A stretch of 64,000 bases of DNA, taken from contig NC_043012.1 in NCBI RefSeq assembly GCF_006345805.1, positions 16,182,001 to 16,246,000 on the forward strand. The letters run 5' to 3'. This document shows, in pieces, positions 49,291 through 62,839 of the stretch. Origin of the DNA: Octopus sinensis. Its lineage: Eukaryota. Every line of letters starts with the position of its first letter. Within the stretch, counting starts at the first letter, position 1. The notes beneath the pieces were generated by a model. That model had not been told where the DNA came from, made no database searches, and worked only from the letters and a program-made list of their open reading frames with translations. Position numbers and translations under genes: made by a program.

Positions 49291-51163
49291 AATGATAAAA
49301 TAATATAGTTAAGTTATTATTCTTTTATATAGTTGAAAGTAACAAAATTTATTTACGTCCGAATTACGTTTGTGTTTTGTGCGTGTTTGCAAGTGTGTGC
49401 ATGTCCTCACGCTGTATAAAACATGTCAAAATAACTTTATTTTGGACTATAGTGAATCATAGATTAAATTCGAAAACACAGAATATACTTTTCAAACGGC
49501 TGAAACACCTCAGTAAACGATGTGTTCCATAGCTTTCTGGCAAGTAGTATTCAAATCACTATTATTCGTGATAACTATACGCCAGAAAGCCTACATACAA
49601 AACATCATTAACGGTATTGACCAGCATTACGAACTAAATTGGTGAAAGAAAAATGTTTGGGAAATTTTTTGACATTAGAGACGAAGAAAATGAAAACCAA
49701 AGCTAAGTTGTTGAAGTTTAGCAATGAGAGTAGTAGAATTATCTTCAGTTCATTCCAGTTCTTCGCAGCACACTTTTGGAAGTTCTTAGCCACGATTCTG
49801 AGTTCTAGCTACCGTTAATTAATGGCCACAAGGTAATTACAGTCATTTACATAAAATAAATATAGGACCAAAAAATGAAGCAGAAAAATCTCTAATTTGG
49901 AATGACTCATTTGACGAGACACTGATATTGATAGAAAAGATTACTCGACAACAAATGACTTTGTAATGAAAGCAGAAAACGAAAGAAAAGAAAAGAATTT
50001 ATTTTTGGTATCGTAGCCATCAATTTTGCTGATATTGTTGTTGTCATTACGCAGTTTGTTTATGGATTTATTTCGATTAATTTTGCCATCATTGAATCGT
50101 TCTCCAACATATATAATAATTAACTATTATCATAAATGACAACAATGAATGCGACTGTATTTGTATACTAACACCTAATACTTATGAGTGTGAATGTGTG
50201 TGTATTTCTGCCTATCTGCGTGTATTTCTATATAAACACGTATATCTACATAGAAATATGCACACACAAACACACACATATACACTTATACACAGGCACA
50301 AATATAGGTTGTGTATATTTGCTATATCTCTGGCTCCACAAGCACACCCACAGATTATCTATGAATGCTTTGTGTAAGCAAAGCTATAGACATATCGTAT
50401 TTAGAAGCATATCAGAAACAAACATATGTATATTATCCTATGTCTGTCAGTTAATGCTTTGTATCTACTTAATGTTCGTCTCATTTGTATTCCCTGAAGC
50501 CGCCAATATTAACGCCGCCTCAATTATAAAGAATATATTATTAGAAAGCCATAATTACTTGCTTTAAATACATAAACACACACAGAGATACACACACAGA
50601 AACACACCTACATTTGCATAGAATTATGTCCGTATATATGTCGGTACATGCGTATGTGTGTACGCGTGAGTTTTTGTGAAACTTCACAACACGTCTCTTC
50701 AGATTGTCGTCAATTCTAGCATTGAATACATCACATATTAATATTGTTTGATTTTTATCTTTGTTCACCCATTTTTCCCTGCTATCTCTGAGAATTGAGA
50801 TTTTTCCCCCTCTTTTTTTTTCTTTTATAGTTATTGAAGAACATGTTATGACTATAGATCTCTTTAGCAATAAACTTTTCTGAAGACAATGCATGTATTT
50901 CCTGATCTTTTTTTTTCGTCCTTTATGAAGATTTCATTCTTGTTTTTTTCCGTATTATTGTGAATGAGTTCCATGTAGCAATACTTTCCGCTTTAAATCT
51001 ATTGTTTGAGTGTCTACCAGGCATAACTTCTATCTTTCCCACCTTTTTTTGATCAGTTATAAGTAAACATATAACCGACGAAAAATACACAATACCCGAC
51101 AAAAAATACACAACAGCAGAGTATTGTGTATTTATATGCGTGCGTTCGTGCACACTCACATAG

Positions 51164-51209
<46 letters not shown>

Positions 51210-51392
51210 CACACACACATTTATATATTTGAATAGATAAAAACAGATAAAAGGTAGAAGATAGATTATGAGAAATAGAAAAACGTGGAAATAGTGTAAA
51301 TAAGAAGATAAAGAAAAACAATGTACATATGAACATACACATTCCTATATGCCTACATAAATATACCCTCTCCCCTACTTTCCTTTTCCTGT

Positions 51393-51427
51393 GTTTCTGA
51401 CGAAGAGCTCCGCTCGAAACGTTAAAC
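51393..51427 (+). ncRNA. Minimal type-I hammerhead motif with an intact core, within a dispersed repeat (about 51365-51520)
   Basis: GTTT-CTGACGA-A-GAGC-TCC-GCTC-GAA-ACGT-T-AAAC. Confidence 0.65.
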
Positions 51428-51513
51428 CCTCCTTCTTTCCTTCCTTCCTGAGCGTCCAATAATACTATATTTGTTCCACGTCCTCGCGTTGTTGTCTTTT
51501 CATGTTTGGATTA

Positions 51514-51614
<101 letters not shown>

Positions 51615-52769
51615 TGTGTGTGTTATTCTCCTTTCCTTTGCCTTTCAATTCCTAGTATTTCAACTCTTTCCATTTCTCATACGCTAATACTTTTCCTCCT
51701 ACTCTTCATCTCTATCTCTGTCTATCTCTTTCTTTCCCCACACGTAACCTATTAGTATTAAATTTTATGCTACTTTGTATTCGAATTAATACTTCCACCA
51801 TAGCTACTCTCTTATAAATACATATTATCCCTCCCTACACTCTTTTGTGATTCAAATTCCGAACAGAACTATGCTAAGCTATCATTCAAATGTAATCATC
51901 TTGTCTTCTTATATAGCAGGGAATACATTGTACAATGTGTCCTCAAGTTTCTCAGATATTAGGTAAATATGAGGGACTATTTCTATAAGTCTATATTCTA
52001 TAACAATTGTTTTGCGTTTCAGGAGGAGAGTGAAAAATTATCACATCATCTTATAAGTAATGTCCGCATTTTCAATGAAGAAAACAAGTGAACAAATCTT
52101 GCATATTAATGAAACCTAATTGTTAATATAGTTTCCATGGTTACCCATGACATCTTTCCATCTACTCGTAAGCTTTTTAAGTTCATTAGTGAAAAACTCT
52201 TTGGGTTTAGAAGATAAGAACTCTGATAAGTCAGTTTTGATTTTCTCAGTTAATCCATTTGATTCTTTCAACTAGAAGAATGGGGGAAGAGAATTGAGGC
52301 CGAAATGTGCATATGTCTGGAGAGAGAATATGAGCTGCTGCTATTTTGGGGGTCCAGTGGTGGGCGATCCATGGTGTTAGGCACAGAGACGATGAGAAGT
52401 GTTGGGTAGAATAGACTAGAACTGTCTGGTCTGAGTGTCCATGATTTATGTACCATGTAGAATTTTACCTCATTCAGGCAACAGTTTCTTCTCTTGATGT
52501 TTTGCGTACTCGTATGGTCGTTATGTGAATATTAAATGCAGCGGAAAAAGAGAGAAAATGAAGATACTTGGAGACAAACCAATGCCAAAAGAACATCTCT
52601 TCCTAAAATTTGTTTCTATATAGTTTTTTCAAACATGAAATCAAATCTTTCAAGTTCTTATTCCTTTATTTAATTAATACTTTTCATTTATCGTTTTCTC
52701 GTATTCCTAGCGATGCAAATGCCTATGTCACTACATGTCTATGTGTGTATGTACATATAATTAGGCACT

Positions 52770-52801
<32 letters not shown>

Positions 52802-52849
52802 TATTCATAAATACATCTATCTTCCTATTTATTTATCTATCAATATATA

Positions 52850-52889
<40 letters not shown>

Positions 52890-53931
52890 AGTGAGTGTGT
52901 GTGTTTGCGCGCGCATATGTGTGTGTATATCTCACCTTCCCTCTCACTATATTATACTATATTATATTATATTGTAATGTATTATATTCTCATATTCTAT
53001 TTATGCTATATTTTAAAATTTCTTCCATCGTTTATTTTGTTTCAGACATACGGAGAGATGGGCGACATAGACAAGACAAAGGGTTGAGAAGGAGTGTATA
53101 GATAATAATGAATATCGGAATAAGTCACGGTGTAGTTATATAATAGTTACTTCTCGCTTACAGAAGCGAGAAATGTTTATAATTATTCACGACAATAAAC
53201 GATATTCTCATACTTTTGAGATGGGAGTGTTTGAATCTTTAAAATCTTTATCGAAACTTTTCCTCCCATATTTAAACTGCGGTAAGTTTTATATAATTCT
53301 TTCATTATGTACTTACATCATATATATCGATTAATATTTTCTATAAATCACTTCCAAATTCTATAAACGAAATAGCTGTTAATGAATCTAAATAGCCTTT
53401 ATTATAATGGTTCGTAGACTGCATACATATTGCTGAAAATATAGTGTTAACCATAAAAATTACCAGCAACATTGTTAACATCACTTTGCTTATTTCGAGG
53501 TGAAATATATAAAATTGAAGAGGTTTTTGCATCCATTGAAGCAGTCAGCAAAGATAGCGTAATAATAGCGTAATAATATTTCAGCAAACTTCGGAAAGTA
53601 TAGAAAGGATTGATCTGTCTGCATAGAAATACAACAAAATCCATAATGCTTTCTCTCTTAAAATACTAGGACTAACATCTCGATAGGCAAAGAGCTCCGA
53701 AACTTGAACATTACGAAATGTACTCGCCTTCATTAGCAACATTCCAAATCGGGAGTGACTCTGATAAGATCTGTCTTAAACGAAAGCATGGGGATAGATA
53801 CATAAGTTCCGTCCAGGCAGGCGTTGAGTAGCGCATCATGAACAGCAAAGGGAAGTAGGTAGCAAGTACATGTTATCTATACACAACAGCAAAAATAACA
53901 TCATGAGATTGGGTGACCTACCATTGAATAC

Positions 53932-54243
53932 GTGGAGGCGCAGTGGCCCAGTGGTTAGAGCAGCGGACTCGCGGTCGTAGGATCGCGATTTCGATTCCGA
54001 GACCGGACGTTGTGAGTGTTTATTGAGCGAAAACATCTAAAGCTCCACGAGGCTCCGGTAGGGAGTGGTGGCGATACCTGCTGTACTCTTTCGCCGAAAC
54101 TTTCTCTCACTCTTTCTTCTGTTGGCCTGCTCGCTTAGCCAGCGGGGTGGCGTCATTTGAAGGCTAAAAACAATGCGAAGCGCATTGGGACCAGCGATGT
54201 GTAGCAACATCTGATAGCCTGGTCGGTCACGATTACGGTGACT
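53932..54243 (+). mobile_element. tRNA-derived SINE, family C, full length
   Basis: A box TGGCCCAGTGG (53944-54), B-box-like ATTTCGATTCC (53988-98), GGTCAC-type tail. Confidence 0.88.
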
Positions 54244-55528
54244 ATTGAATACATACTTCGGTTGTGCAACATTTGCATGTGGATTAGGGGAGGCTGGATT
54301 ACTTCACTTGAACAGGAACTTGGAGAAAAGGCACCCATCATATATCAGAAAAAATATATGCAGAGCACATATTCCACAAACTCAAGAATAACAAAAACAC
54401 TAACAGAAATTGTAGTATATTTTGGAGTTGCGGTGGGTGCTTCACATCTAACCTAGAAGTTATCACTTTACTTTTCAGAAGCAGGATATAGCTAACAGGT
54501 ACTTGATCTCATAGAGGAATAAAAGTGCTTCTGAGTCTCCTTTATGTGATAGAAAATGGAAATTGTGCCACATTAGTGTAGAGTAAACCACCCATATCCT
54601 CACTAACTGTTCAAAATGTTCAGAAAGAACTACCTTCTCATGCGACACAATATTGTAGCAAATAAATTTATTTACAATATTATTTACGAGACATGTTCCG
54701 ATGATTATACCCAAAGCACTCCAAGACCAGAATGCTTCCAGTCCTTTAAATCCCAGAATGTTTCCAGTCCTTTATATTTCAATAAAAGCAGCAATCTAGT
54801 GCAAACGCAATTGGCTTGAAATTGTTCTAAGAGTGATAGTATGAATGTCTAAAATTAGGGGAAAGGCAATAATCTATGGTAAACTGCTAAGGAAGTTACA
54901 GCTCATACGAAGATTATAGATTTTTACTTGAACTACAAATTTGCATGAACGGCTATGCAACCTGAAGGCACTTCAAAAAACAAACAAAGCCAACTGATTA
55001 CAATCTTCGTATCATAATGAATTAGACGTAGGATAAAAATTGGTATTATCTACTTCTGCTTCTTAAAATGAATATATGCACGCAGTCCCTAGCGCGTGGG
55101 AAACACAAACACACACGCACACACGCATCTATTACATAAATTCAAATTTATCCACAGATGCTCCAAGTAATATGCACACACGAGCTCATTTCGATATTCA
55201 CAAATCCCAGAAACTCGAAAATGAAAGCATAGTGACATTATAAGTAAGCTGAATACTACGAAAACTAAATCTAAAGGGAAATACTTCATACATACGTACA
55301 AAGAAAATCATCTCCGACTATATGTAAAAGCAAATTCTCCGACTGACTAACGAAGATTCATGAATACGCTACAGTGAATAAATTATATCTCTACTATTAT
55401 TAGGAAAACTGGAGAGACCTACTTGCATATGAAATACTTTTTGACTGCTAGTTTGATAAATTACTTTTACGCTACTGTTATTTTGTGTCAATATTATAAT
55501 ATACTAGATAATATATCTAGATTATTAA

Positions 55529-55695
55529 CGGCGCAGGAGTGTCTGTGTGGTAAGTAGCTTGCTTACCAACCACATGGTTCCGGGTTCAGTCCCACTGTGT
55601 GGTACCTTGGGCAAGTGTCTTCTACTACAGCTTCGGGCAGACCAAAGCCTTGTGAGTAGATGGATCTGGTAGATGGAAACTGAAAGAAGCCTGTC

Positions 55696-55700
<5 letters not shown>
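55529..55700 (+). mobile_element. SINE family B, 5' half
   Basis: GGCGCAGGAGTGTCTGTGTGGTAAG..GGTTCAGTCCC..GAAACTGAAAGAAGCC. Confidence 0.9.
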
Positions 55701-55737
<37 letters not shown>

Positions 55738-55990
55738 TATATAAAGGAAATGAAGAAAATGCTGACAAAATAATTTAAGTAAGTGAATGATTTCAGTGTA
55801 AACACTGAAATCATTCACAAAAAATGAACATTGTATTCTAACCCAATTTTTCTCTTTTTTTGTTTAAAAAAAGAACTTTCACCTAATTAAATACACTCTT
55901 CCTTACTTAAATTATTTTGTCAGCATTTTCTTCATTTCCTTTTTTTATATATCACAACTCGTGCTCCACATCTCCTTTTTTAAATATATA

Positions 55991-56033
<43 letters not shown>

Positions 56034-56224
56034 TATGTGTGTGTGTGTGTGTGTATGTTTGTGTCATTGTCTGTCATATGGTTTACTGAAATACTATGGC
56101 TAATGAACAATTACACTTAATGCTCTGTATTAAGATCTACATTGTGTGACTAAACCTCTAATAACGACAATAATAAGGCTTTCTTTCCATTGGACAAGGC
56201 TGTATTCATCACTGGAATAAGTCT

Positions 56225-56440
56225 GCGAACTAACGGAATCGTTAGTACGTAGGGCAAATTGTTAGCGACATCTTGTCCATCTTTACGTTCAGATTTCAAA
56301 TTTCGATGCGGTTTTCTTTGCTTATCATACTTGGGGTTGATAAATTAAGTACCAGTTGAAGACAGGGATTAATGTAACCGACTTACCCTCACATACGAAA
56401 TTGCTAGCCTTGTGCCGAAATTTGCAACTAATAATTGTTA
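56225..56440 (+). mobile_element. SINE family A variant, strongly decayed
   Basis: GGAATCGTTAG, TTCAAATTTC, GGGGTTGATAAATTAAGTACCAGTT. Confidence 0.6.
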
Positions 56441-57231
56441 ATGGAATAACTGCATTTCACAAAAACGTTAGTAACCTATATAAAATATATCGGCACGATA
56501 TCAACAAAACTATATGTACTTTTAGTTTAAATGTGTAATTTATCTTTCGTAGATAAACATACTTATGCATGCGTGTATGTGTAGTTTGTTGCTTAGCATT
56601 TAGTCAAACGTGTTTGCGGTTTTATTATTTTATCATAGATTTGTCACATCAAAAGCAAACTTTTGGGAAATAAAGTTTCCTTTCGTTCTTTCGAATCAAG
56701 AAAAAATATTTCTATTTTGCTTAATATGTTTTAGTTTCTTTTTGAGAAGACAGGATACTGTAGAAATATCAACAAACCATTTACATCAAGCGAATGCTTT
56801 ATTTATTGTCTTGTGTTTGTGTCAATCAAATGCTGCTGTAAGCAATTATTCTTTTTGCTTTTGTCTTTATTTTTCTTAGAACCTAACACATTGACTGTAT
56901 GGTGTGAGTATATTTCGCATGAATATAACGAATTATATCTATATATAGTTTATCAGTATTTGGTGCATATCTATAGTTCTGCATTTGATTAAACGGACAA
57001 AAAGAGATAATAGCTTATATTTAAATTTGTAAATATCAATTAATATAATATGTTATAACAATATTTTCCTTAGGTCATATGTAAGAGTTTATATTTACAA
57101 ACACACATACACACACGCACAAACTCGCACACACATACATACAGAGATGCACACATAAGCGCACGCACACTCACACACAGATAGAAAGACACACACACAC
57201 ACAGACACAACACACACACACACACACACAC

Positions 57232-57264
<33 letters not shown>

Positions 57265-57817
57265 GTGTATATACAGTGGCTTAGGCATAGAGATATTGGT
57301 AACGTGTTATTAGATTTCAATACACATATGCTTCAGAATAAAGCATTAGGCACGTACAGAGTATGATATGAATTATCTGAATAACTAGGAAATAGGAATT
57401 GCATAATTTATTTCGTTAATTTCATTAGTTTATTGTTTTTTCTTCTATAAGAAGCAATACACTCTAAGGTGTATGTGTGTGCATCTTCTGATAGCTTCTT
57501 CAGAGCCTTTAAAACGAAGTTCATGTTCATTTCGAACACTTCATTTCAAAAGCTCTGACGAAGCTATAATATAATGCACAAGCACTCAACTCTGAGAGCA
57601 CAGCTTCTAGCGGAAACATCTATAATCTAACGAAGTAATGAAGTTGATTCCATATTACTGTTTTCTTGTCATTCAATTAATTCACACTAACAGATGTATG
57701 CATATATATATGCTAGTATATACGCAGTGAAGCTATACAATAGCGTCGTATTTATATCGATTGCTATTTTCTAGTAAATATTGGTGCCTTGTTGAACCGT
57801 TTACCTACTTTTATATA

Positions 57818-57851
<34 letters not shown>

Positions 57852-57861
57852 CGTGCGTGCG

Positions 57862-57896
<35 letters not shown>

Positions 57897-58495
57897 GTAA
57901 AGAAAGAAGGAGAAACATCTGTAAATAAGTTTAACCGAAACATATTGAAGAAAGGAGTTAGCAATTTGCATTTATTGCCAAGTTTACAACACTTTCGTCG
58001 ATTTCCATCATAACTAATCTACCACCATGTCGTTACCATGACAACGATGACCGAATTATTAACATATTGCTTATTGTTCTTTTTGTGACGTTCGAGTGGT
58101 TAAATGTGCAGGGTGCTGTGAACGAAAAATTGCACAGTTCACGGAAATAATTTGATAATTGTTGACATGGGATGACTTGACGCAAAATTCCTTATAAAGG
58201 GAACCGGCGAAACAATTGTAAACAATACATTAACCAAATTGGTAACACCGCATTCTTCGATATATTTATGATATATATATATATATGTATATATGTATAT
58301 ATATATAAATTAATTGTTATCGCCATATTAATATGGCATTCTTATAGATATAAGAATAATCGCTGCCATGGTCAGCTCCATGAGGCCACCGCCATCAAGA
58401 TAGCTATTGATACACGATCTGTATCCATTATAACCTTCGAACTAGAGACTTAGTAATTTTAATATTTCTATTATATATATATATTTTAATATTTC

Positions 58496-58590
<95 letters not shown>

Positions 58591-58625
58591 ATTTATCAAA
58601 ATAAAAGCATGATTCAAAGGATTTA

Positions 58626-58712
58626 GCGGTACATATGTTTCGGGCCTTTATTAGACGGTTTATAACAATGCATAATTGATGTAAATGTGTGTCTATAGCC
58701 TTCTTCAGCCGC
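58626..58712 (-). ncRNA. Type-I hammerhead motif in the left arm
   Basis: Mirror image of 58853-58939. Confidence 0.6.
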
Positions 58713-58852
58713 GTACAATTACTACTTCAAGGACATGTATTACATTATAAGTTTTACGTTGGGGATGCAAATCCTCGTACGCAACTATGAGGATTTGCAT
58801 CCCCAACGTAAAACTTATAATGTAATACATGTCCTTGAAGTAGTAATTGTAC

Positions 58853-58939
58853 GCGGCTGAAGAAGGCTATATACACACATTTACATCAATTATTCATTGT
58901 TATAAACCGTCTAATAAAGGCCCGAAACATATGTACCGC
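58853..58939 (+). ncRNA. Type-I hammerhead motif with an intact core and a long stem II loop
   Basis: GCGG-CTGAAGA-A-GGC..GCC-C-GAA-ACATATGT-A-CCGC. Confidence 0.65.
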
Positions 58940-59819
58940 TAAATCCTTTGCATCATGTTTTTATTTTGATAAATATACTCTATCACCTACACCACTAAAT
59001 GTCATATACAGGTGCTTGCAATTATCAAGTATTCACCCTGAATTTTTTGTACCCAACTCACCTACGTTGTCACCTTGATTGGATCCTATGTAACCGCGAC
59101 AGCCTTTAGTACTTGATAAACCCAAAAATGACGATACTATATATATATATATATATATCTTAACTTAAACAAAAAATGTATTAATCACTTGCAAATGATA
59201 AGCCTAAAAATATGCATGTAATATTAGTATAATTTTTTGTAGATAAAATTAAAAATATCATAAGACTTAATGACAGACATGATCTCACAATTTTATCCTG
59301 CCCTTTCAGTATTGACACGTTTCCCAAATATCATTTATTACACATTTTCCATCTATTTCGAGCTCAATACATTATATCATCATAAACAACAAATCTAAAC
59401 GTCCGCGACTGGCCACAAATTAAAGCTGATAGTTGCGGCAAAGTAAATTTGCAGATACTATCACATCTATTAATTACTAGTCGTGATTTTACAAGTGTAT
59501 CAAGAATTTCTGTGCCTGAGATAACCAGCAATATCGAAGAGAGTGCAGAGAGATACATCCACACACTTAAAGACAATAACATTAAATTTCGTGGCAATAC
59601 TATAATGGTTTTATCTCTCTAATTATACGTGAAATGGAATAGAAAATATTTAGAACTCTGGAAACAAGGTATTCTGAGATATTATTCCTTCGTCAATTAA
59701 ATTTATTAATCCAGCACTTTGACGAAGTAAACCGTATTAGTTTTATTACCAAAATAAAATAAAACTGCGCGCTTGTATCTCTGTTTGTGGACGTGCCAGA
59801 GTTTTATTTTCTGTTATAC

Positions 59820-60058
59820 TCTTTTACTCACTTTTTACTCTTTTACTTGTTTCAGTCATTTGACTGTGACCGTGCTGGAGCACCACCTTTAGTCGAGAAA
59901 ATCGACTCCAGGACTTATACTGTGTAAACCTAGTACTTATTCTATCGGTCTCTTTTGCCGAACCACTAAATTACGGAGACGTAAACACACCAGCATCGGT
60001 TGTCAAGCGATGTTGGTGGGGACAAACACAGACACACAAACCTATACACACACATACA

Positions 60059-60095
<37 letters not shown>

Positions 60096-60245
60096 CGGGT
60101 TTCTTTCACCAAATTCACTCACAAGGCTTTGGTCGGCCCGAGGCTATAGTAGAAGACACCTGCCTAAGGTGCCACACAGTGGTACTGAACCCAGAACCAT
60201 GTGGTTGGTAATCAAGCTACTTACCACACAGCCACTCCTACGCCT
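59820..60245 (-). mobile_element. SINE family B, full length
   Basis: As for 35055-35487. Confidence 0.92.
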
Positions 60246-61040
60246 ATATATATATTTCCATTGAATTACAAATTTTACGTTTCCTTTCTAATACTATTTG
60301 AAAACTGTTTCGAATCTAAACATCTGTAAGGGAAAACATTGAGCGAAAGGGTGACATTTAATATTTTGCTTTTTCAACTAAACGCAAAAAAAAAAAAAGA
60401 TAGAGAGAGAGAAAACTTCCCAAATGCCAGATTCCATTCACAACCATAGTAATTTGGCTAGAATCAACTGCAGATATTACAGTAATCGAAAGTAGTGATT
60501 TTTTATGCTTATTTATACAGTGAATGGACTTGCATCAATGCTGGCCAATCAAGCGAGAACAGTAGAGGATAGCATATTTTTTCAATATAATGTCTTGCAA
60601 ACCGAATTCAAATAAAATGCAAAGAAAAGATTCTGATGTAATCGATATCGCTCTTGGAGTGTTGTGATATTTTAGCATTGTAATATTCATTTAGTTTTGT
60701 TTCGCTTTATATTTATTTGTTTTCGTTACGCATATTAATATATATAGATATCTGATACTTACAGAATTTTAGATTCATATGTTAACGTGATATTTATAGA
60801 ATTGTTTAATGGAATTTTTATTTGTTTATACAGTCATGCTCTCCCTCTCTCTTGACATCTTTGGAGAGATGCATATATCCGTGTATGTATGTATATATGC
60901 ATGTATGTATGTATGTATGTATGTATGTATGTATGTATGTATGTATGTATGTATGTATGGGGAAGATACAAAGTTCTTTGCAACTTACATTGAAAACTCG
61001 AAGTTATGTCTTTGTAACGGAAATATGTACACACATACGA

Positions 61041-61078
<38 letters not shown>

Positions 61079-61200
61079 TTATAATACATATAAGTACGCA
61101 AAAATTTATTTTTTATATGGGTATACACATATACATTTTTGTTTACATATAGTTTTTTATGCAAGCGTGGCCGTGTGGTAAGAAGCTTGCTGTGTGGTAA

Positions 61201-61595
61201 GAAGGCGGCGAGCTGGCAGAATCGTTAGCACGCTGGATAAAATGCTTAGCGTTCTGAGTTCAAATTCCGCCGAGGTCGAGTTTGCTTTTCATCTTTTCGG
61301 GGTCGATTAAATAAGTACCAGTTACGCACTGGGGTCGATATAATCGATTTTATCCGTTTGTCTGTCCTTGTTTGTCCTCTCTGTGTTTAGCCCCTTGTGG
61401 GTAGTAAAGAAATACGTATTTCGTCTGTATTTACGTTCTGAGTTCGAATTCCGCCGAAGTCGACTTTGCCAGTCATCTTTTCGGGGTCAATAAATTAAGT
61501 ACCATTATTCACTGGGGTCAATGTAATCGACTTAATCCCTTTGTCTGTCATTGTTTGTTCCCTCTATGTTTAGCCCCTTGTGGGCAATAAAGAAA
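61201..61595 (+). mobile_element. Two tandem SINE family A copies (61201-61420, and a 5'-truncated copy at 61420-61595)
   Basis: The core GAGTTC(A/G)AATTCCGCCGA(G/A)GTCGA occurs twice. Confidence 0.88.
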
Positions 61596-61714
61596 TAAGT
61601 TTGTTTCCAAACCACATGGTTCCGGGTTCACCTTGGACAAATGTATTCTACCACAGCCTCGGACCGACCAAAGCCTTGTGAGTGGATGTGGTAGGTAAAA
61701 ACTGAAAGAAGTCT

Positions 61715-61920
61715 GACCTCGTGTGTACCGTTGGCGATTTTTTTCCTCTGTCTTCCCTTCTCTGGATCTTTCCTTCTCCTATGTTTCCGACGAAGAGCTC
61801 CGCTCGAAACGTTAAACCCTCCTTCTTTCCTTCTCTCCTGAGCGTCCAATAATACTATATTTGTTCCACGTCCTCGCGTTGTGTTTTTTGTGCTTTCTTG
61901 TTTGGATTAACTTTATATAT
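61715..61920 (+). mobile_element. Dispersed repeat, same family as about 51365-51520, with a hammerhead variant at 61783-61817
   Basis: GACGAAGAGCTCCGCTCGAAACGTTAAACCCTCC..GTTCCACGTCCTCGCGTTG shared; core is CCGACGA here. Confidence 0.8.
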
Positions 61921-61974
61921 ATATACATATATATTCGTGTCTCTGTATGGGATTGTTTTTCCCACCCCACCCAT

Positions 61975-62160
61975 CATTTATCAACCACCGATGCTGAAAC
62001 GTTTATGTCCAGGTAACTTAGTGGTTCATCAAAAAGAGTCCGATATAATAAATACTAAACTTACAGTCCTGGGATCGATTTGTTCGACTAAAGGCGGTGC
62101 TCCAGCACGGTCGCAGTCAAATGACTGAAACAAGTAATAGAATAAAAGAATAAAAGAATA
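61975..62160 (+). mobile_element. SINE family B, 3' half
   Basis: GATTTGTTCGACTAAAGGCGGTGCTCCAGCACGGTCGCAGTCAAATGACTGAAACAAG and an AATAAAAG tail. Confidence 0.85.
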
Positions 62161-62190
62161 TATAATATATGAATATGTCTGTTACACATT

Positions 62191-62238
<48 letters not shown>

Positions 62239-62321
62239 ATATATGTATGTATATATATATATATATTTGTGTGTATGTATATATGCCCAGATTCCCACAG
62301 TTATGATATATGTATATATAT

Positions 62322-62355
<34 letters not shown>

Positions 62356-62457
62356 ATATATATATGTACCCCTATCTATATATAGATAGATACATATAGA
62401 CAGATACATACACATATAGACAGATACATACACAGATGCATACATATACTTGTATAT

Positions 62458-62508
<51 letters not shown>

Positions 62509-62510
62509 AT
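62160..62510. repeat. Compound (TA)n/(CATA)n/(GATA)n microsatellite
   Basis: Direct reading. Confidence 0.9.
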
Positions 62511-62839
62511 TCGTGTTCAGCAGGTAATCACTGACATTTTCTTTTTTACATTCAAGGAGTTTTCTAATTCAATATATTATACGCTTTATTTATGATTTTA
62601 TCCGTTTTGGGAAGCTCCGATAAATTATTTATTTCACTTTTCCAATCTTCTTCATAATGTAAATGGATTTTGTTGCTTGTAAGAATGACACTTCTAGTCG
62701 GAAGTAAGATACATCAAAAGTTATTCTGGTTTAATAGTTTTCACGTCTGTGATTGTCACGGAAGGCATCAGTTCAATTCTTGCTTTTAGATTTCAAACTT
62801 ACTTTGGATTTGAAGTAGGAATTTCTTTTAACACAACAT

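Larger units (their letters stand above)
58584..58981. repeat. Long inverted repeat: arms of about 193 bp, 12-nt spacer
   Basis: 58584-58776 versus 58789-58981; four substitutions found by eye. Confidence 0.95.

Noticed and set aside
53932-54005. tRNA gene (also the SINE heads at 490, 21918, 33063 and 55529)
   Set aside because: A and B boxes are present but there is no full cloverleaf, and each continues into a dispersed SINE body
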